64,000 nt of DNA from NCBI GenBank assembly GCA_964532525.1, contig CAZHIM010000001.1:274530-338529 (forward strand), given 5' to 3'. How positions within the stretch are numbered: the stretch's first letter is position 1; every line of letters begins with the position of its first letter. Positions 38,290 to 46,607 of this stretch are shown in pieces. A model generated the notes under the pieces. That model was not told the DNA's origin and searched no databases. It saw only the letters and a list, made by a program, of their open reading frames with translations. Made by a program: the position numbers and the translations under genes. This stretch comes from an uncultured Bifidobacteriaceae bacterium. Its GTDB lineage: Bacteria; Verrucomicrobiota; Verrucomicrobiia; Limisphaerales; UBA11358.

Positions 38290-38493
38290 GCCCGGATATT
38301 TCATGGCTGCTCCGACGGGCGCGGGCAAAACCGGCGTGGCGCAGGTTTCCCAACCTGCTGTATCGCCGATTTCCAAATCGGCACGCCATCGCAAGGTCGA
38401 GGGCATTGGAATTAGAGATGGCCTGTGGGTTTGGAAACCTACGATACAGCACACTTGGAAGTTTGCGGTACGGGTTTGACTATGAAATATCCG
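38290..38493 (+). repeat. TTCCAA-hairpin dispersed repeat element, copy 2 (most complete)
   Basis: The TIRs are CGGATATTTCAT (38292-38303) and ATGAAATATCCG (38482-38493). The four internal hairpin modules are GCAGGTTTCCCAACCTGC, GCCGATTTCCAAATCGGC, GGGTTTGGAAACC and CACTTGGAAGTTTGCGGTAC. Confidence 0.75.
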
Positions 38494-38495
38494 CT

Positions 38496-39782
38496 CTACG
38501 CCTTCCACACCTGGCCGGGCTTCGTTTGAATGCCCGCCAGCGCGTTGCGCGTGTCCACAATGCACGGCACCCAATCCGCCAGTTCCTGGTAATTCACGGT
38601 CTGATGGTTCGTGGCCACGATCACGGCGTCGAAGCCCGCGACGGTCGCGCGGTCCCAGCCGATGGACCGCGTGCCGGCCCAGTGCGGATGTTCGCGCGTG
38701 GGCCGGATGACGGGCACATAGGGATCGTAATAAGCCACCTCGGCGCCGCGTTCCTTGAGCAGGTCCAGCAACACGTAGCTGGGCGATTCGCGCTCGTCGT
38801 CCACGTTCGGCTTGTAGGCCAGGCCCAGAACCAGCACGCGGCTGCCGTTGACGGCCTTGCGGCGGGCGTTGAGGGCCTCGGTCGTGCGATTGATGACGAA
38901 CTGCGGCATGGCCGTGTTGATTTCGCCGGCCAGCTCGATGAAGCGCGTGTTTTGCGAATATTCGCGCGCCTTCCACGTCAGGTAAAACGGATCAATGGGA
39001 ATGCAATGGCCGCCCAGCCCCGGCCCGGGATAAAACGGCATGAAGCCGAACGGCTTGGTCTTCGCCGCGCGGATCACCTCCCACACGTCAATGTCCATGG
39101 CCTGATAAACCACCTTGAGCTCGTTGATGAGCGCGATGTTGACGCTGCGAAAAATGTTTTCCAGCAGCTTGGTGGCTTCGGCCACGCGGCACGACGACAC
39201 CGGCACGACGGTCTGGATGGCCCGGCCGTAGAGCGCCGTGGCGCGTTCGAGGCAGGCGGGCGTCAAGCCGCCCACGACCTTGGGAATCGCCGCCACCTTG
39301 CTGTCCGGATTGGCGGGATCCTCGCGCTCGGGCGAAAAGGCCAGATGAAAATCCACCCCCGCTTTCAGCCCGGAACCCGCCTCCAACACGCCGCGCAAAT
39401 CTTCATCCGTGGTGCCGGGATAGGTGGTGGATTCGAGGACCACGAGCGTGCCCTTTTGCAGGAACGGCGCCACGCTCCGGCCGGTGTCGAGAATGTACGA
39501 AATATCCGGCTCGCGATTCTTGTTGAGCGGCGTGGGCACACAAATGATCACCGCCTCCACCTCCCGCACGCGGCTGAAATCGGCCGAGGCGGTGAACCGG
39601 CCGGCGTGGACCTGCTCGGCCAGGGCGGCGGATTCGATGTGCTTGATGTAACTGCGGCCGGCATTCAGCGCGGCGACTTTCGCCGGGTCAATGTCCAGCC
39701 CCAGCACGAAGGTGTCCGAGCGCGCAAACTGGAGGGACAGCGGCAGGCCGACGTAACCGAGACCGACAATGGCGATTTTCAT
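38496..39782 (-). CDS. Nucleotide-sugar 6-dehydrogenase (UDP-glucose/GDP-mannose dehydrogenase family, WbpA/TviB-like)
   Basis: The Rossmann motif is MKIAIVGLGYVGLPLSLQFA. The catalytic Cys context is PGPGLGGHCIPIDP. The 428-aa length fits the UDP-GlcNAc/ManNAc dehydrogenase subgroup. Confidence 0.85.
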   Translation of the reverse strand: MKIAIVGLGYVGLPLSLQFARSDTFVLGLDIDPAKVAALNAGRSYIKHIESAALAEQVHAGRFTASADFSRVREVEAVIICVPTPLNKNREPDISYILDTGRSVAPFLQKGTLVVLESTTYPGTTDEDLRGVLEAGSGLKAGVDFHLAFSPEREDPANPDSKVAAIPKVVGGLTPACLERATALYGRAIQTVVPVSSCRVAEATKLLENIFRSVNIALINELKVVYQAMDIDVWEVIRAAKTKPFGFMPFYPGPGLGGHCIPIDPFYLTWKAREYSQNTRFIELAGEINTAMPQFVINRTTEALNARRKAVNGSRVLVLGLAYKPNVDDERESPSYVLLDLLKERGAEVAYYDPYVPVIRPTREHPHWAGTRSIGWDRATVAGFDAVIVATNHQTVNYQELADWVPCIVDTRNALAGIQTKPGQVWKA

Positions 39783-39835
39783 GGACGATAATGGTAGATT
39801 TAATGGTTTGGTGGATCAATGGAGGATCAGACTTT

Positions 39836-41491
39836 TCATTTCTTCCGGTCCGGGTGAAAGACAAACTCGGCATAGCACCACGCAACGCTCTCGGCCAGGA
39901 TTTCGCGCACGCCCTCGCTGTAGTGCCACCAACGGGCGGGATCATAGTCCGGATCGGGCACCGATATGATCCCCACGGCGGCGTTGGTGCCAAAGGCTTC
40001 CTGGAACAGCAGGCCGGTGCGCCGGGCGTGCGCGTCCTCCGTCAGCACGTTGAAGCTGTGGACAGCCGCGCCGTTGGTCTGGAAAAATTCGCGCAACGCC
40101 AGCGCCGAACTGTACGTGCGGTCGCGTCCCTTCTCGTGCGAGGGCGCCATCCGCACGAGCGCCGCGGGCACGCCGGCCTTCACCAGCGATTCGGCGCCCA
40201 CGCTGGCCGAGGTGTTAAAATCGTTGCTCTCGCCGTCCGTGCCCACCACCGGGCCGCCGGTGGTGTAAACCTGCTCGTAATGGCCGGCCCGGAATTCGCG
40301 CACGGCGGCGTCAATCACGTATTGGTGGACCCAGCCTTCGACCACGAGCGTCTTCGTCTCCACGCGGCGGGTTTGCGCGAGGAACGGCTGAATCGTGTGC
40401 GCGCAGGCCAGCGCAAGACCCGCCGCGCCCAAAATCAGCACCAGCCAGGCGCGCCACGTGAGCCCCCAGCGGAGCCGCCGATGGAAAAAAAGCGGCCGTT
40501 TTTCGCGCGCCGGCCCGGCGGCAGCCGGCTCCGCGGACAGGCGCCACTTGCGACGGCACCAGCCGGCGGCCATTCCCGGCGCGAGCAAAATGGTGGCGCA
40601 GCGGGCCGAGACGCGGAAACCCCCGCCCTGCCAAAATCCTTCGCGGGCGAATGCGCGCGCCTCGGGAAAATCGCCCGTCGCGCAGGCCAGTTCCGCGCGG
40701 CAGCCGGCGTAAAAGGCGATGCGCTCGCGGACGACGGCATTTTTCCCCGGCTCGATTTCCTGCAGGCGCCAGAACATTTCGGTCTGGACCCGCAGATAGC
40801 CCAGATAACGCCGTTTGGCGGCCGCCAGATTGACGTCGCGCGTGAGACTGTTCGCCGCGTTCAGTCGGATCGTGACGAGCGGGTCGGTGAGATAATAAAA
40901 CCCCGCGAAAAAGGAGAGGTTAAAGATCAGCAGCGTGTCTTCGGCGGCGGGCAGCGTCTCGTTGAACCCGCCGGCCCGTTCGAGCAGCGCCTTTTCCACC
41001 AGCAGCGACTGGATGTGCGGATGGCACCGGGCCCGGCAGGCGGCGTCCCGCGCCCGCGCCACGAACACCACCCCCGGACCGCGCTCCTCGCAAGTCAGCT
41101 CCTCGATATCCGAATGCGGGCGCCCATTGTCGAGCGCGCTGCGCGTGAAGCACATTTTGCCACCGAATTTTTGGAGGCAATCCCATTGGCGGCGAAGCTT
41201 GTCGGGATGCCACAAGTCGTCGGAATCCAAAAAGGCGATCCACTCGGCGCGGGCGGCGCGGATGCCGGCGTTGCGGGCGGCGCTGACGCCGCGGTTTTCC
41301 TGGCGGATAACGCGCACGCGTTCGCCAAACGGCTCCAGCACGCCGGCCGTGCCGTCGGTGGAACCGTCGTCCACCACGATCAGCTCGAAATCGGCAAAGG
41401 TCTGGGCCAGCACGCTGCGGATGGCGTCGGCGATGCACTGCGCGCGGTTGAACGCGGGGATCACCACGGAGATTTTGGGCGCGGCGTTCAT
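39836..41491 (-). CDS. Fusion protein: family 2 glycosyltransferase + TM segment + DUF218 (YdcF/ElyC-like) domain
   Basis: The GT2 part is ISVVIPAFNRAQCIADAIRSVLAQTFADFELIVVDDGSTDGT...AFLDSDDLW. The TM segment is WLVLILGAAGLALACA. The DUF218-like part is LVVEGWVHQYV...TTGGPV...RTYSSALALREFF. There is an ATGA overlap with the upstream GT2 gene. Confidence 0.75.
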   Translation of the reverse strand: MNAAPKISVVIPAFNRAQCIADAIRSVLAQTFADFELIVVDDGSTDGTAGVLEPFGERVRVIRQENRGVSAARNAGIRAARAEWIAFLDSDDLWHPDKLRRQWDCLQKFGGKMCFTRSALDNGRPHSDIEELTCEERGPGVVFVARARDAACRARCHPHIQSLLVEKALLERAGGFNETLPAAEDTLLIFNLSFFAGFYYLTDPLVTIRLNAANSLTRDVNLAAAKRRYLGYLRVQTEMFWRLQEIEPGKNAVVRERIAFYAGCRAELACATGDFPEARAFAREGFWQGGGFRVSARCATILLAPGMAAGWCRRKWRLSAEPAAAGPAREKRPLFFHRRLRWGLTWRAWLVLILGAAGLALACAHTIQPFLAQTRRVETKTLVVEGWVHQYVIDAAVREFRAGHYEQVYTTGGPVVGTDGESNDFNTSASVGAESLVKAGVPAALVRMAPSHEKGRDRTYSSALALREFFQTNGAAVHSFNVLTEDAHARRTGLLFQEAFGTNAAVGIISVPDPDYDPARWWHYSEGVREILAESVAWCYAEFVFHPDRKK

Positions 41492-42498
41492 CGCGGCAGC
41501 GGTTTCCGGGCACCGCGCCACCAGGCGGGCGAGAGGCGCACGAATTGTTTCAACACCGCGAACGATTTGTCGCATTCCCAGGCGCCGCGCAACTGGCGCC
41601 AGGCCGCCGCCGGGTTGCCGGCCGCGAGCAACTCCTCCGCGTAGCTGGTGGCCATCAAGGCATAACGCCGCCGGGCAAACCGCCGGACTTCGGCGCGCGT
41701 TTTTTTGTCCGCGATGTAATCCGTGTTGATGCGGATGCACTTCTTCAGGTCCGCGATGTCCGCGCCGCTGCGGCGCAGCCGCGAGGTGGCGGCGCTGCCG
41801 TGCACGCGGTAGCTGGCCAGCACGGCCGGCTCAAACCACACCGGAAAATCTTTGGCGACGCGGCACCACATTTCCCAGTCCAGGCTGTAGCACAGGTCCG
41901 TGCGGAAGCCGCCGAGCGCCTCATAGGCGGACCGGCGCACCACCACGGACGGCGTCTGGATCAGTTGCTTGCGCGCCATGTTGGGCAGCGGATCGGGCAC
42001 GCAGCCGGGACTGGCGGCGTCCAGGTCGGAAAGCCCGAGCTGCCGCCCCTGGGCATCAATGAACGCGTGCCGGCAATACAACAGGCCCGGAGCGGCGGGC
42101 GACTCGGTTCCCGCCTTCAGTTTTTCGTAAAAGCCCGGCGCCACCAAGTCGTCCTGGTGCAGAAGATGCACCCAGCGGCCCCGGGCCAGCTCGATGCAGC
42201 GGTTCCAGATGCCGGCCATGCCGAGGTTCTTTGGCTGGCGCTCCACCGTCACGCGGTCGCCCCCAAGTTCCCGCACGAGCGCCTCCGGCGCGCCCTGCGG
42301 CGAGGCGTCGTCCACCACGGCGATCTGCATGACGTCCCGGCCGGGGTCCTGCTCCAACACGCTGCGCAGCGTGGCGGCCAGAAAATCCGGCGGCGCGTTA
42401 AAGGTGGAAATCATCACCGACCAGAGAAACGGCGTGCCGTCCGGGCGCGGCGCGATGGCGGGCATGGCGGCGGACGGCCTGGACGAGGCCGGGCTCAT
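41488..42498 (-). CDS. Family 2 glycosyltransferase
   Basis: SVMISTFNAPPDFLAATLRSVLEQD...IAVVDDASPQG...HLLHQDDLVAPGFY. The ATG at 42498 overlaps the upstream stop (ATGA). The track's 5' extension overlaps the RgpF gene and is spurious. Confidence 0.85.
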   Translation of the reverse strand: MSPASSRPSAAMPAIAPRPDGTPFLWSVMISTFNAPPDFLAATLRSVLEQDPGRDVMQIAVVDDASPQGAPEALVRELGGDRVTVERQPKNLGMAGIWNRCIELARGRWVHLLHQDDLVAPGFYEKLKAGTESPAAPGLLYCRHAFIDAQGRQLGLSDLDAASPGCVPDPLPNMARKQLIQTPSVVVRRSAYEALGGFRTDLCYSLDWEMWCRVAKDFPVWFEPAVLASYRVHGSAATSRLRRSGADIADLKKCIRINTDYIADKKTRAEVRRFARRRYALMATSYAEELLAAGNPAAAWRQLRGAWECDKSFAVLKQFVRLSPAWWRGARKPLPR

Positions 42499-43349
42499 GG
42501 CTGGGGGCCGGCCGCGGCCGGATATTCGCGGCGCAGGTCCGCCAGGATTTCCGCCGGCAGACCGTGCTTTTCCAGCAGGGCGAAGCCGAGTTCCGGCGAC
42601 ATGCGGAAGGTCCGCTCGCGCAGCACGGACACCTTCAGATACGGCATGCCGCGCGCCAGCAGCAGGTCCGGGTAAATGCGCGTCATATCCCGCGGCGGCA
42701 GCGCCCGCTGGCGATAGAGGTAGGCGAGGAAATGGCGCTTGTCCGCGGCGGTCTGCACCACCTTGCGGCTGGCGCGAAAGGCGGCAAGAATGGCCTCCTG
42801 CGAAAAAACGGGTTTGCCCGTGAAACCGCCCTCGGTGAGCCACGTGGTGAGCCCGAGTTCGTAGCTGTGAATCACCTGCAAGCGGCTGCGGTAGGGCAGC
42901 ACGCCCTGCCAAAACTCCTTGAACCGCGCGCTGTGGAGCACCCGCGGACCGAAGACCAGGAAAAAGCTTTGGAGATGCGGAATCCATTCGTCGTTGTCGG
43001 TCAGGCTCCAGAAATCACACCCGGCCACCGCGGGATTTTGCCAGAGCGGCGCCAGCGGCTGCAACGGGCCGATGATGCTGGAGTTCGTCAGGAGCAATTC
43101 GTCGAATCGCGCCAGATTGTATTCCGCCAGGCCGCGCTGCCACATGGCAAAGTCCAGGCCCGTGTTCGGCCGCACCCCGATCTGCCGGCAGAGGTCCTTC
43201 AGGACCGCCCCGCTGGCGGGCGCGATGTCCGAGTTGGAGACAAAACAGATTTCGCTGCCCAGCTCGGCCAACTGCCGGAGATGAAACAGCACATGCGTCG
43301 CCACCTGGGGCGACGTGCCGAAATGGGCGTAAATGATCAGGCGTTTCAT
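42495..43349 (-). CDS. Rhamnan synthesis protein F (RgpF)-family glycosyltransferase
   Basis: MKRLIIYAHFGTSPQVATHVLFHLRQL...ICFVSNSDI...RPNTGLDFAMWQRGL...LLLTNSSIIGPL fits the RgpF pattern. Confidence 0.7.
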   Translation of the reverse strand: MKRLIIYAHFGTSPQVATHVLFHLRQLAELGSEICFVSNSDIAPASGAVLKDLCRQIGVRPNTGLDFAMWQRGLAEYNLARFDELLLTNSSIIGPLQPLAPLWQNPAVAGCDFWSLTDNDEWIPHLQSFFLVFGPRVLHSARFKEFWQGVLPYRSRLQVIHSYELGLTTWLTEGGFTGKPVFSQEAILAAFRASRKVVQTAADKRHFLAYLYRQRALPPRDMTRIYPDLLLARGMPYLKVSVLRERTFRMSPELGFALLEKHGLPAEILADLRREYPAAAGPQP

Positions 43350-43380
43350 GGCATCATTTCATTGTCCGTTGCCCGCGCCG

Positions 43381-44148
43381 TCAGCCCCGCCAGCGGTCCA
43401 CGGCGCGCCGCCACCACGTGCGGTTGGCGGCGGCGTGGTGTTTGTCCACCTCGCATTGCAGCCGATGGCCCAGCGCGGAAAAAATGCGGCGCACGGCCGC
43501 CGGTTGGTCGTTGGCGGTGCGCAAAAAATTGCGCACGGCCGGCGGCTGGTCCGGCCCCGCGGCCAGCATCCCCAGGCCAAAGCCGTGCTCGAAATTGAAG
43601 CTCGGAAATTGCGGGCTTAGCTCGGCCCACAAACGGTGCACGCCGAAGCCGCGGTCCCGCACCATGGTGTCGTGAAACAGCACCACGCCCCGCGCGCTCA
43701 GTTTCGGGCGCCAAGTTTCGTAATCGTGCTTCACGGCCTCGTACGAGTGCAGCCCGTCAATGTGCAGCAGGTCCACGGAGCCGTCGGCTATCTGCCCCCG
43801 GGCGTCGTCAAAGGTCATGCGCAGCAGTTTGGAAAAACCTTCGTACTGCCGGTGGTGCGTCTGCAGGTGCTCGTAAACCTCCTGCCCGTAAAACCCGGCG
43901 TCGCTGTCGCCGGCCCAGGTGTCCACCGCATAACAGCGGGTGCCGGTGCCGGCGGCCACCGCGGCCTGGCAAAAGGCGCAGTAGGAAACGCCCCAGTGCG
44001 TGCCCAGTTCCACGACCACCCGCGGCCGCTGCAATTGCACCAGCATCATGCCGAAGGGCACGTGCTCGTTCCAGGCCGACTGCACGTGAAGATGCTGCGG
44101 CTGGGCACACAGCAGCGGAAAATGCAGGGGGTTGAATTCAGCGTCCAT
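43381..44148 (-). CDS. Class I SAM-dependent methyltransferase (CmcI / Methyltransf_24-like, sugar O-methyltransferase candidate)
   Basis: VVELGTHWGVSYCAF...CYAVDTWAGD...VDLLHIDGLHSYEAVKHDYETWRPKLSARGVVLFHD. Confidence 0.7.
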   Translation of the reverse strand: MDAEFNPLHFPLLCAQPQHLHVQSAWNEHVPFGMMLVQLQRPRVVVELGTHWGVSYCAFCQAAVAAGTGTRCYAVDTWAGDSDAGFYGQEVYEHLQTHHRQYEGFSKLLRMTFDDARGQIADGSVDLLHIDGLHSYEAVKHDYETWRPKLSARGVVLFHDTMVRDRGFGVHRLWAELSPQFPSFNFEHGFGLGMLAAGPDQPPAVRNFLRTANDQPAAVRRIFSALGHRLQCEVDKHHAAANRTWWRRAVDRWRG

Positions 44149-44205
44149 ACTGTGTGACAGGATTATCGCTGGCGGGCGCGGTGGCAAGTCATCGTTGGCT
44201 TTCTG

Positions 44206-45495
44206 TCATCGTTGAATTTCCTCCACTTTCCATTCCAGGCGGGGCCGCAACGCGCCCGGCCACACGCGCGTGTATTTTTCCCGCACCCGGTCGAGGTCGT
44301 GCTGGTCCACGGTCTGGAAGCACACCACGTCGCGCTCCAGGGCGTGGAGCCGGTCGGGATTGTAGCTGCACAGCGCGGCCAGGATGAAAAATTGCCCCTC
44401 CGCCAGCAAATGCGCCGGCACCAGGCACCGCGAACGCACCAGCCCCGGCCGCCGCGCGGACGACCACCATTGCGGATTCACAAAATCGTTGGTCACGAAC
44501 AACAGCACGCCGTCTTCGTTGATGAAGTGGATCGAAACCGTGGGCTTGAGCCGCTCCTGCAAATTCCAGTATTCCACCTCGATCTCAAACGGCTCGCTGA
44601 TGTCAATGGACTCGGTGACCGCCCCCTGCGCGTTTCTCACGCGGACCGAGTGCAGGCGCGCCACGTCATCGCCGGGCGCCTTGTCGCGGTCGGCCCAGAC
44701 GCGTTCAGCCGCGCGGTCGGTGCCCGAGCTGAGATACTTTCGGGTCATTTCCTCGGCCGGGCCGTCGCCCGCCACCGCTCCGCGTTGCAACAGGATCACG
44801 CGCTTGCACAGCCGCAAAATGGTGGGCATGGAATGGGACACGAACAGCACCGTGCGGCCGCGGGAGCTGACATCCTGGATTTTGCCCAGGCATTTCTTCT
44901 GGAACGCCGCGTCGCCCACCGCCAGCACTTCGTCCACGATCAGGATCTCCGGCTCCAGGTGCGCCGCCACCGCGAACGCCAGGCGCACATACATGCCGCT
45001 GCTGTAGCGCTTGACCGGCGTGTCCAAAAACTGCTCCACCTCCGAAAAGGCCACGATCTCGTCAAACTTGCGTTTGATCTCGGCCTTGGACATCCCGAGG
45101 ATGGCGCCGTTGAGAAAAATATTTTCGCGCCCCGTCAGCTCCTGGTGGAACCCCGTGCCCACCTCCAGCAGGCTGGCCACGCGGCCCTCGATGGCGATGC
45201 GGCCGCGCGTGGGCTCGGTGATGCGGCTGAGTATCTTGAGCAGCGTGGACTTGCCCGCGCCGTTCCGGCCGATGATGCCCACCACGTCCCCTTGCTGGAT
45301 CTCAAACGAGACGTCCTTCAGCGCCCAGAATTCCTCGTGGGCGGCCTGGCGGCGCTCCCGGCGGCGGGTGAGCCACTGCCCCGGCGCCAGCAGCAGGTTC
45401 TCGAGCGCATGCCGCAGACCGTCGCCGTTCGCGGCCTGGTGCCCGAGCACGTAGCGCTTGGAAAGATGCTCAATACTGATGACGGGTTCGCTCAC
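44206..45495 (-). CDS. wzt: Polysaccharide ABC exporter ATP-binding protein (Wzt/TagH-type) with an extra C-terminal domain
   Basis: Walker A is GRNGAGKST, the signature is YSSGMYVRLAFAVA and Walker B is ILIVDEVLAVGD. A ~180-aa C-terminal beta-rich extension has the position of a Wzt carbohydrate-binding domain. A GTG start at 45495 is inferred. Confidence 0.85.
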   Translation of the reverse strand: MSEPVISIEHLSKRYVLGHQAANGDGLRHALENLLLAPGQWLTRRRERRQAAHEEFWALKDVSFEIQQGDVVGIIGRNGAGKSTLLKILSRITEPTRGRIAIEGRVASLLEVGTGFHQELTGRENIFLNGAILGMSKAEIKRKFDEIVAFSEVEQFLDTPVKRYSSGMYVRLAFAVAAHLEPEILIVDEVLAVGDAAFQKKCLGKIQDVSSRGRTVLFVSHSMPTILRLCKRVILLQRGAVAGDGPAEEMTRKYLSSGTDRAAERVWADRDKAPGDDVARLHSVRVRNAQGAVTESIDISEPFEIEVEYWNLQERLKPTVSIHFINEDGVLLFVTNDFVNPQWWSSARRPGLVRSRCLVPAHLLAEGQFFILAALCSYNPDRLHALERDVVCFQTVDQHDLDRVREKYTRVWPGALRPRLEWKVEEIQR

Positions 45496-45521
45496 GATAA
45501 ATGATTTGGCAATGGCGCGGT

Positions 45522-46340
45522 TTAAATGATGTCGGCAAAGGAACGCTCGGTTTTGCGGAAATACCACAGGCCGGTGACAATCAGCACGGCCACGCCGGCC
45601 AGCGACGCCACCTGGCCGGGCCAATACAGCCCGTTCGCCCCGCCCAGCACGCACCAGCGGAAGCCATCAATGATCCCCACCACGGGATTGAGCGAATACG
45701 CCAGCCGCCATTTTTCCGGGATGTCCCTCGTCATCACAAAGACCGGCGCCGCGTACAAGCCGAATTGCACCAGGAACGGCACCACAAACCGGAAGTCGCG
45801 ATACTTGACCATGAGCGCCGCAATCCACAGGCCCACGCCAAAGGACGCGCCGAAGGTGAGCAGCACGAAGATCGGCAGGGCCGCCACGCTCCACGGCGGC
45901 GCAAAATGATACCAGATCATCAGCCCCGCCATGAACACCGCCGCGATCAGGAAATCCACGAAACTGGTGATGACACTGCTCGCTGGCACGACCAACCGGG
46001 GAAAATAGACCTTGGAAATCAGATTCGAATTCGTGATCAAACTCGTCCCGCTTTCGGACAGGGCGGTCGAAAAAAACTGCCACGGCAGCATGGCGGAAAA
46101 AACAAAGAGCGGCACCGGCGAGGCGCCATCACCTTTCAGTTTGCTCACCTTCATGACCAGCGTCAGCGCCAGCATGGTGAGAAAGGGTCGCAGCACGGCC
46201 CAGGCCACGCCCACCGCCGTCTGCTTGTAGCGGATCAGCAAATCGCGCCAGGCGAGAAAGGCGAACAACTCGCGATACCGCCAGAGGTCGCGCCAGTATT
46301 GGCGCTCGGTGCGGCCGGCCTCGATGATCAATCTTGCCAT
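45522..46340 (-). CDS. wzm: ABC-2 type polysaccharide exporter permease (Wzm/TagG-type)
   Basis: 272 aa with six predicted TM segments. YRELFAFLAWRDLLIRYKQTAVGVAWAVLRPFL is the typical ABC-2 N-terminal motif. Confidence 0.85.
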   Translation of the reverse strand: MARLIIEAGRTERQYWRDLWRYRELFAFLAWRDLLIRYKQTAVGVAWAVLRPFLTMLALTLVMKVSKLKGDGASPVPLFVFSAMLPWQFFSTALSESGTSLITNSNLISKVYFPRLVVPASSVITSFVDFLIAAVFMAGLMIWYHFAPPWSVAALPIFVLLTFGASFGVGLWIAALMVKYRDFRFVVPFLVQFGLYAAPVFVMTRDIPEKWRLAYSLNPVVGIIDGFRWCVLGGANGLYWPGQVASLAGVAVLIVTGLWYFRKTERSFADII

Positions 46341-46435
46341 GTTTTAAATAGTATTAGCGGTCTCCGCTCCGGTAACAAGTTTTCAACCGCCCCGCGTCTT
46401 CGCCCCGGCGCACAGTCATAGGGAACGCCAAGTGC

Positions 46436-46580
46436 GTGGCGCAGGTTTCCAAACCTGCTGTATCGCCGATTTCCAAATCGGCTGGGCGTGGCCAGTGCGC
46501 GCGCGTCGAGACGACAGACCGCCTGCGGGTTTGGAAACCCGCGATCCGGCAGACTTGGAAGTCTGCGGTACGAGCATATA
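46436..46580 (+). repeat. TTCCAA-hairpin dispersed repeat element, copy 3 (outer TIRs degenerate)
   Basis: GGCGCAGGTTTCCAAACCTGCTGTATCGCCGATTTCCAAATCGGC...GGGTTTGGAAACCCGCGATCCGGCAGACTTGGAAGTCTGCGGTAC. Confidence 0.7.
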
Positions 46581-46607
46581 CCGATCGCACATACATACAC
46601 CTCGTCT

